A stretch of 57,496 bases of DNA, counting the filler, from Bipalium vagum (lineage: Eukaryota): NCBI GenBank assembly GCA_037834085.1. It is 3 parts of 3 records of this genome, joined end to end, with 100 filler letters (N's around TTAATTAATTAA, not from the genome) between each part and the next. Parts side by side here need not be neighbours in the genome. Positions count along the whole stretch, not along the records: positions 33,709 to 57,496 come from JBBMKC010206487.1; 2 more parts are not named here. The stretch is one strand, 5' to 3'. Below are positions 48,942 to 57,496 of the stretch, in pieces (within the stretch, counting starts at the first letter, position 1; every line of letters starts with the position of its first letter). The notes beneath the pieces were generated by a model. It was not told the origin of the DNA, did no database searches, and was given only the letters and a program-made list of their open reading frames with translations. A program made the translations under genes and the position numbers.

Positions 48942-50000
48942 TGAAAATGTATTGTTATTAAAATAAAGTTTTAAGTGAAATATAATTTTATTTAAAAAAT
49001 TGCCCTCTGTTACTTTTTCGGTAAAGATTAAATCAGTACAGATTTCTAGTTATCATTAGTTATTTAGTGCCTTATAATATTTTAAAATGTAAAAAAATTT
49101 AAAATTAGTTCGCCATTTTTATAATTTACTACTTTTTTTAGATATAAAAAAATATTGGGCACTTTGAAAATGTTTAAATATTCACAGTTACAAAGAGTTG
49201 AAAATGTTTACTCATGACGAAAAGTTATGTAAAAATTTACAATTAACGTTCTTCACTTTTACTATCACGGAATATCAAAATTTTCTCCTTCTCTTAAAAA
49301 TGTCTTAAAACAAGTAAACAATAAGATGTACATTTTTATCCCAAGATTTCCTTCTCATTTTCTTGATTTTCTATAAAAATCAGTAAAAATCAAACAAATG
49401 TTGTTTCGAAAATAACTTTCTTTTCATCTTCTGTAAACTATTTTCAATTTTTTTCTGAAAAAAATATTCATCAATTTTTATCCAATGTTTCGGAAATAAT
49501 TAACAGTTGCTGTCTTTCCCCATAAAATACCGTGTAATTATTTTCATACTACCCACAACGAAAACTAAATAATGTTCAAATTTCATTTGACTTTCTCATC
49601 ATGATCAAAATTTGGAAAACTTTGTAAAATGGTAATATCAAACTTTAATCAAAAATCACAACCCAAATTATGATAAATTTCTCAATTAAAACAAAAGTGA
49701 CATAATCGCGTTGAGACAACTCAGTGAGATTTCATTGGTTATTTATTGGGTATAAAAATGAAATCGTGTTTGCGTTATATTATTTATTTTGCATTTATGT
49801 AGTTAACTATATAAAATTGTTTATGGTATTTATTTTCTTTTACTGAACATGTTCTATTGAGAATTTAGAAAAATAATATTTTGTTATGAAAGTTAACAGG
49901 AGAAGATTTCAGTCTGAAAATAGATATATAGAGTAAAGTCGTAAAGGAAGTTCGCACAATTTTAAATGTATGTCAATAGAAATACAAATATTATAAACCT

Positions 50001-50795
50001 ATGAGGAGTAGTTGGAAAGTTTCGGGAATGGAGAATATGTAAAGGTTTATTAAAAATAAAATATTTAATCATAAAATACGTTATTTTAATACAATATTAC
50101 TTTTATTTAATAATAAAAATCGCATTTGTTTAAATAAATATTTACATTTAAATATGGCATACAAAGCGGAAAATATGAATTTATCAATGAAAAACTTTCG
50201 AGTAATGATTTTATATGACAACATTATATAACATTTTATGATTTTATCGGACAACATATGATGAAATTCAGATATCATTGAACATATCTCGGACTTCAAT
50301 CATTTCTATTTTACATGAACACTTGGATGTCAAAAAGCTATGTTCTCATTGAATACTTTATATCCTTACAATTGATCAAAATCGAGATCGCGTAATTCGT
50401 CCAAAGATATGGTTTATAAATGTAACCAGGGAGCCTCAAAAAATGTTTATGACATCGTCAGTGGCCATGAATCATGAATATACTCATATGAACCCGAAAC
50501 AAAGCAGCAGTCAACTGTTTGGGTATTTCATGGAAAAAAATTGCCAACGAAAGTTGTTTGACCCGGAACACCTCCAAGCAAATGGTTGTTTGTGTAGTAG
50601 CAAAATAATGTCATGTCGCTGTCATTCCTTTACATGATCGTCTCACAGTTAATATGAATACTACAGTTTGATTATCTGAAGTCCTCAGCGAATGGAGAAA
50701 AACCAACTTTTATTATGCTTCATCGTGATAATGCCACTTCCCATAGAGACCATAAAACAATAGATTTTTCTAAGACTCAAAAAGTTGAAATATTA
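50001..50795 (+). mobile_element. Degenerate mariner
   Basis: LHEHLDVKKLCSH, DIVSGHES*IYSYEPETKQQSTVW, LHRDNATSH. Confidence 0.8.
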
Positions 50796-52274
50796 CAACT
50801 ATCAGTATTTTATTTAAGATACCTTCGCTATTATATACATTGGTTAATTTATATTACTTAAATAATAAAAAAAATGATCATGTGGGGCAAAAATAGAATA
50901 TTATTCATATATTATTTTATTACTGAAAAGCAGATCTATCTTTTTTTTATTTTATAAATATATAGTGATATTCTTTCGAATGTATTACGGCTCAAGTGTT
51001 AAGAAAAGAAGACAACGGTACTAATTAAAAATACATCATCAGACTAAACAAAAATAAAACTTTGATAGTGTATCAATAATTTATTGTAATTAATTTTATT
51101 TTACTTTAGGCAAAAAATGAAACGTGACTTAGTCCTGTAAGAAAATTTAATAATATTTGTTTCGCTTAATGTAGAGTATTGTGAAGGGGTTAGAAGTTCC
51201 TAAAAATATTATTTAAAAGTCATAAATCTCTCATCTTTACTCCACTGCATAAGAAAAATATAAATATTTTAAGGAAAAAATTATTTATGCTTATATAAGT
51301 TAATGATATATAAACATATTATTCAACATAACCTTTATCGGCACGCAAAATCATTTTATGTATAATAACAATTAAAAGGTTTCCTTGATATATTTAGGAT
51401 TTTATTTTAAGTAAAACACCAACGTGATTCATTATTGTTTTTGTATTTTTAAAAAAAATTATGGCTGTCCTAGTAAGGTAATATACAAGTTTAAATAAAA
51501 TTGAGGGTGTGAAAGATTAAAAATATGTGTTAAATTTTTAATTTTAAATTTAAATCCAAACTTTTATTAAGTTTTATTATTTATCATTCGTCTTTTTTTG
51601 CACCAATAAATGACAATAGACAAACTATAATAGAAGAAATGATTAATACAGTCATTCAACTATATCGTCACCATCCGTAACCTCAAAAAAGTTATAATTT
51701 CACAATTTTTTCTAGACCTAATTTGGTTCCAAACAATTTATATAAAAGAATTTTATAACATCACAATTATAATGCGACTTTTAAATGCACGCATTTTTAA
51801 GTACACTTAAATATTATTTGTTTAAATAATAAAAAGGTTTTCCAATATTTAAAATTAAATAATAATAAATGCCTTCAATTACAATTAGTGAAAAAATTAC
51901 ATTAACCAAGTTTGCGAAACATTCGGAGAATATCCAGCAAGATTTGGTCAAGTGGGTATCTATGAAATTCAAAAAAATTGACAACGATTTCAAAATTTTG
52001 AAATGTGCAAAAAATTTAATCTAAAATGTTGAAAAATATAAATCTTAATAATTTAGAAATAATAAATTAGATCCATTGAATAAAAGATTTTTTTAAAAAT
52101 ATGTGTAATAAATAAAAAATATTTAAATAAACTATTTGAATATATATTGTTTATGTATTTTTCAAAAATAATCTAGAAAAACATATTCTCATAGTTTTAA
52201 ATATATGTTATTTTTATCCTTTCTAAATAAATATCAAATATTTATTATTATTATTATTATTTAATATCTATTTA

Positions 52275-53124
52275 AATATCAAATAAAAATCATTTGCTCG
52301 AAGTGAAGTTTTTTCATTTTACTATTAAAAAATTTGCATAAGCCTATAGAATCGTTATTGAAGATTTCGGAGACATTTCTCTATCAAATACCGCTTGCAA
52401 AAGGTGGTTTGCATGTTTCCAAAAGGGGAAATTTATGGTCGAAAATAATGAGTGCCTAGGAAAAATACATGTGTTTGAAGATCAAGGCATGAAAGCATTG
52501 GTGGATGAAGATCCGTACCAAACTCAAGCTGATCTTACTAAATCATTAAATGCTTTTCAATCATCAATTAGCCGACATCTAAAATCCATAGGAAATGTAT
52601 GAAAAATGGGTACTACATAAGCTCAAGGTGAAAGATTGAAATTTTGCTTCTTCAACAAAACTAAAAAGTTTCCTGCACCTAATTATTACGGGTGTCGAAA
52701 ATAATTTGCAATCCAGGACAGCCCTTCAAAGCAACACCCAAGAGGAACATCCATGGGAATAGCTCTCCTAAGCATCTTGTGGGGCCAAAAGAGTGTGATT
52801 CATCATGAGTTATTAAAACACAGTGAAACGGTTGCAGGTGAGTTGTACTGAGAACAATTAATACGCCTGAGCCATGAATTGGGCGAAAAAAGACCAGAAT
52901 ATAATAAAAGCAGTATAAAAAAATTTTGCTGCATAAAAATCCCCGGCCACACGTCAACACACGAGTACAGGAAACTTTAGAGTAGCTTCGATGATTACCA
53001 CCTGTTTCGGTCAACGGCACATAAAATATTTTGATAAATTATCTTGTTCGTTTTATATTTACTTAATTTAATAAATAAAGAAAAAATATTGTTAAAAAGG
53101 ATCACTTTCAATGCATAAACCTAA
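52275..53124 (+). mobile_element. Degenerate mauritiana-like mariner
   Basis: ACKRWFACFQKG, FEDQGMKALVDEDPYQTQ, ILLHKNPRPHV, 3' TIR ...ATGCATAAACCTAA-TA. Confidence 0.8.
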
Positions 53125-53184
53125 TATCATCCAGAATATTGAAGCTTGCATGACGAGCTCACTATTTACAGAGTGAATTAATGG

Positions 53185-53810
53185 TGTGATATTTTTACAA
53201 TTGCCAGAACAACAAATTTTAATGATAATGGATGTGACATGTCATACAAATAATTGTTTGTGTTCATAAAGGTAAAATATACATCTTTTTATGTTACTTT
53301 TTTTGTTAGATCTCAAACCAGAAAACCGTAATTTATAAATACAATCAAATTTATTAAAAGATCTTGAAATTAAGTGATTTATAATTGGTGGCTGCAGTGT
53401 AAGCTAATTAATCCACCTAATAACCAATCATTGAATATTTTAGAGCGTATATCTTAAATGAACAATGAAACGAATAGAATGCAAGAATTATTAGATTAAT
53501 TAGCTGTTGATAGACACATTTAGGCAAGTAAATATATCTTCATAGAAGAAAACATATCAATTGAGGGTAAAGATGAAATTGACGATCTTGAGGTTACAAA
53601 AAATTACTGAGAAAACATTGACTTAGAAAAAAATTTCATGAGGAAGAAAAAGTTTCTTAATTAGAATCATTAAATGGATACAAATTTTGATAGAATATTT
53701 AGAACAACAGACTGAAGATTACTGGTCAAGAATCAAAGGAGTTCTTTCAATTCAAAGAGAACTTGATTTAAAAATAGAAAAAATAAAAAGCAAATTAAGT
53801 AATTGGATTA
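53185..53810 (+). mobile_element. Possible LTR retrotransposon 5' remnant (LTR, PBS, gag fragment)
   Basis: PBS-like TGGTGGCTGCAG at 53386 after a TG-starting segment of about 200 bp, followed by a broken charged ORF. Confidence 0.3.
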
Positions 53811-53979
53811 TTTTAAATATTTATGATTGATCATTGCGTAATTTTTAATAAATTTAAAGATTTTTATAAAACATTCAGTTTATGATTTTATAATTTCCCG
53901 ATTTTTATTTCATAATCAAAAAATTTGTTTTTTTTCGATTCCCACAGTTTTTTACAGCCATATGTAAATGACTGTATAA

Positions 53980-54230
53980 CAAATTTAGCAAATGTCTTGC
54001 GAACTACTGATGACGCAATAATGTTTCTTATTGAAAAGAACTACTTATGAACAGTTTTATGAGCCATAGCTTGTTAACAATCATTAACTAGTTCAGATAT
54101 AGCAAAATATGGTACTGTAAATGTGCAAAAATAAGAAACCTATCAACTAAGGTTCAAGTTTAAAACTTAATCATTTGTCATGTCATCATATTTATGGAAA
54201 AAATATAAAAATTTGGATTAAAATTTAAAA
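53980..54230 (+). mobile_element. Possible Merlin/IS1595-like transposase N-terminal remnant
   Basis: TTDDAIMFLIEKNYL ... WYC..CKNKKPIN*GS..NHLS pattern; heavily decayed. Confidence 0.3.
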
Positions 54231-55409
54231 TTATGAATTTACAAATGTAAACTGCAACATTACGCAAAATGTCTGTCAACCTAATATTGACCAACTTAAT
54301 TAATAAAGCAAGCATGTAAAATATTAGGGTTTGCGAATTATTATTAAAATGAACATGGAAAATATTTATCAAATTACAATTATTTTTAACCTGGAATTGA
54401 TAAGCCTTAGGAGGTGTCTCGATGATTTAATTAAACAAACGTCATTTTTTAATTTTATTCCTGTAAATTAAATTAAATAAATAATACGTTTCTCAAAGAA
54501 ATATTTTCTGCTCAAAATTTATTTATGTACAAATGAAATATTTACAGTTAAATGAAACAAGATTAAGAATCTATTTGCATAGGTAGATTAATTGATAACA
54601 AATAACAAAGGATGAGTCGAGCCATTTCTTTTTGAAGTCATCCCATCATAAAAACATGATTTGTTTAACTGAAATGGATTTTAATTTTTCTTTTAATTAA
54701 TCTTTTCGTGAGGCCATTTAAAACACTGAACACCAGATTCTTAAATGCATGGATTATAAAATTAATCAATATTAACGAGACAATCAGAATATAATATCAA
54801 GTAAATAATCATTGGCCTAATGGAAAATGAACAATATTTATTTTCTGAACCAATTCATTAATTGAGAAAAATTCATAAAAAAATAAAAAGAATTTAAGTA
54901 AAATTATATAATTAACGAGTCAAAGAGAAGTAAAACGTTTTAAAATGAAATATTATTAAATAAATATCTGAATATTTATTTTTATATTTTCATTAATGGT
55001 TAAGAAAATAAGTTCGCTCAAGGATTTTAATATTAAGATATTCTGAGTTCTTTAATTCATTCATGTTACCAAAAATTGCAAAATCTTTTAACTTAGATTT
55101 TACATGACAGAAATCTTGATGAAAATGATATCTATACAGAATTAAAAAGAGTGTAAGGACAATAATGTAACAATAAATCTTTAGAGATATTTTCAGGTAA
55201 TAATTTGTATCTGTTCATTCTGATTCAAGGTTAAAAGATCAAAAAGATTTTATGTCATCTAATTATTAAATATGCCCGGTTTAGTTCTCTTAAAATAAGT
55301 AATTATGAATTACACAAACTTTCATTAAAATAGTCTTAATTCACATAAAATTTAGGGATTATTTTTTAAAACTCTAATAATTTTTTTCATATTTATTCAT
55401 TTATTTATT

Positions 55410-55760
55410 CAATTTCATTGACATCAAAAACTAGAAATTATTTAAAAATCAAAACCCATACACCAATAGTGTTGCGAGCTGATGCCGTGTACCAATTTAA
55501 ATGTCATAGATGTAATAATCTATACATAGGAGAGACACGGCGTCATCTCAGAACACGTATTAGCTAACATTCACAACCAAGCAGAACATTCAGTTGGATA
55601 ATTAGGTAAACTGCGGTGAAAGAAAAAGCAAAGTTAAAGAGAACGAATTCAGAATAATTATGGGAAACTTTGATAATAGTGATGAAAGAAAGATCTGTGA
55701 ATCATTATTAATCAAAGAAAGGCTACCAAATATTAACATCCAAGTAATTTCATTATTTGT
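55410..55760 (+). mobile_element. Penelope-like element 3' fragment (GIY-YIG endonuclease)
   Basis: AVYQFKCHRCNNLYIGETRRHLRTRIS*H ... CESLLIKERLPNINIQ. Confidence 0.85.
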
Positions 55761-57496
55761 ATGTACTATGTAGTTTTTAAAAATTTCAAGGTGCTAGTGT
55801 ACCTTGTTTGATTTTTAAGACATTTCTAATGAAGCATCTTTTAGATTTTTACCAAATTTAAAGAAGTTATAATGTTCAATTTTATTGGCAGGGAAAGAAT
55901 ATTTGTACCATTTAGTTCTTAATCCTTGAAATAAAATCAATAATAATAATAAAAATAATTAGTAATAGTAATAATAAGTATAAAATTATAATTAATAATG
56001 AGAATAATTATAGCAATATATTTTTAAAATCTGTCCAGGAAGGGCTTAAAATTAAATTTAGTTTAAAAAGGCTAAATTTTCAATTAACTGCTCATATCGA
56101 GGACCTTGCATTTGTTACTTTTTGGATATTTTAACATTAAATTACTTAATATCTAATTTTGCAACTGAAATTAAAGTATGGTTATTAGGTAACATTAAAA
56201 ATTTTTTTGCTGTTGTGTAATACACGTTTGTTATTTTTCTGTAACGAACATCAGTACACATTTCTAACTTTGTGTTCGTTAATTAGAATTTTACCTGTAT
56301 ATATTTCTACGAATTTTATTAATAATAGTTTGAATATTTAATAAGTTGAATATTAAAATAATTTTTGTTTAAATCGATATTATTTTAACTTTAATGAATT
56401 TTACTGAATTTGACTTGTAAATAAATTCTCTGACTTTATAGGAAGTCTAAATTTTTTGATGGTCAACATTAAATTGCTTTTATTAACTTTTGGGGTCTTC
56501 ATCATAATATTAAACTATTTTATCATTATAAAATTTGATTTTATTATTATGATAATTATTTCATTAAAATAATGTAAATAAGATATAAGCGATTTCCTTC
56601 CATTATTCACAGGGTAAAGATTTGAATAAAACAATTGAGAAAACATAAAATTATTGTTACAATCTTTATTATAGGCAAAGAATAGGTAACATTAGATACT
56701 ATAAATTATTTTTTTTATTCATTTAATTTTGGTTTATTGTTTCAATTTCACTATATTCAGAAAATTAAGTAAATAAGAGATCTGTGGAACATTTTATCAC
56801 TGTTCTGTGCAATATTTAAAATAATATTATTAAATATTGTTGAAATGATATAATCAAAATAATAATAGTTGAAAATTTTGTTAAGCAAAATCAACGATGA
56901 ACAAAATTTTAATATATTCAATATAACAGAAAATTTTAAAAAAATTATTCATATTTTCTATCATTGTTTTCTAATTGTATAGTCAGAAGACAATATCTGT
57001 TAAAACTAAGAATATCAATATTTAATTGTGGATGGAACAATATAATTCAGGAAAAGATTAAAATTTATTCTTAATAGACGTAGGCTCTTGGGTTATATAA
57101 AAACAATCGCACAGGGTCATAGGATTAAATTGTAAACTTAATATTAAAAGAATAAATAGGGTGAAATAACGGAAACATACACAGAAAGAGAAATAGAATT
57201 AAAAAATTAACAATGTAAATTTATTTTATAAAAAATTCTTTTCCGTAATTTATTTACATCTGTAATTAATTTTATTTATATTTATTTTTATACTAAGTCC
57301 ATACCATAAAAACACCAGATTTATTTATTTTAGAAAATAATTTGTAAGTCTAATTTGTTTAATTGATGTGGTATTGATTATTATAGATGACGCTGTCTAT
57401 TGATAAGAAAATATTAATCTGTGGAGACTCCCACCTTCGATTCCAAAACAAATTCAATCAAATCCCCCAACAACTTCGATTCCAAAACAATCCAAA

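Noticed and set aside
52679-53020. 113-aa minus-strand ORF
   Set aside because: Antisense to a decayed mariner transposase.
1-57496. CRISPR arrays, tRNA/rRNA genes, prokaryotic operons
   Set aside because: None seen; the sequence is intron-containing eukaryotic DNA and the short repeats lack spacers.

Overview
Very AT-rich, repeat-dense eukaryotic DNA. The 44-63 nt mini-introns, the mariner load and the orphan GPCR type suggest a planarian-like flatworm (inference only). Host genes, all on the minus strand: (1) an AP-3 adaptor mu subunit gene with 9 exons reconstructed in frame (8871 down to 1930); the last exon was not found and probably lies beyond the left edge. (2) A Ser/Thr-rich terminal exon of an unidentified gene (16370-16965). 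(3) An intronless 312-aa orphan rhodopsin-like GPCR (30934-31872). (4) The terminal exon of a 5-HT7-like serotonin receptor (39013-39266), which the ORF track misses. The rest is mostly decayed transposons: mariners of several subfamilies, Tc1/DD34E, DD37E, a plant-type DD39D element, DD41D-like fragments, a pogo/Tigger element and a MITE, plus Gypsy, Penelope and LINE fragments. There is also a 689-bp tandem duplication, several microsatellites, two ordinary N gaps and two artificial 100-nt N44-TTAATTAATTAA-N44 linkers. I found no convincing new multi-gene system. The best leads are the DD39D element, a nested Tc1-like element with an apparent AT (not TA) target duplication, and the orphan GPCR.
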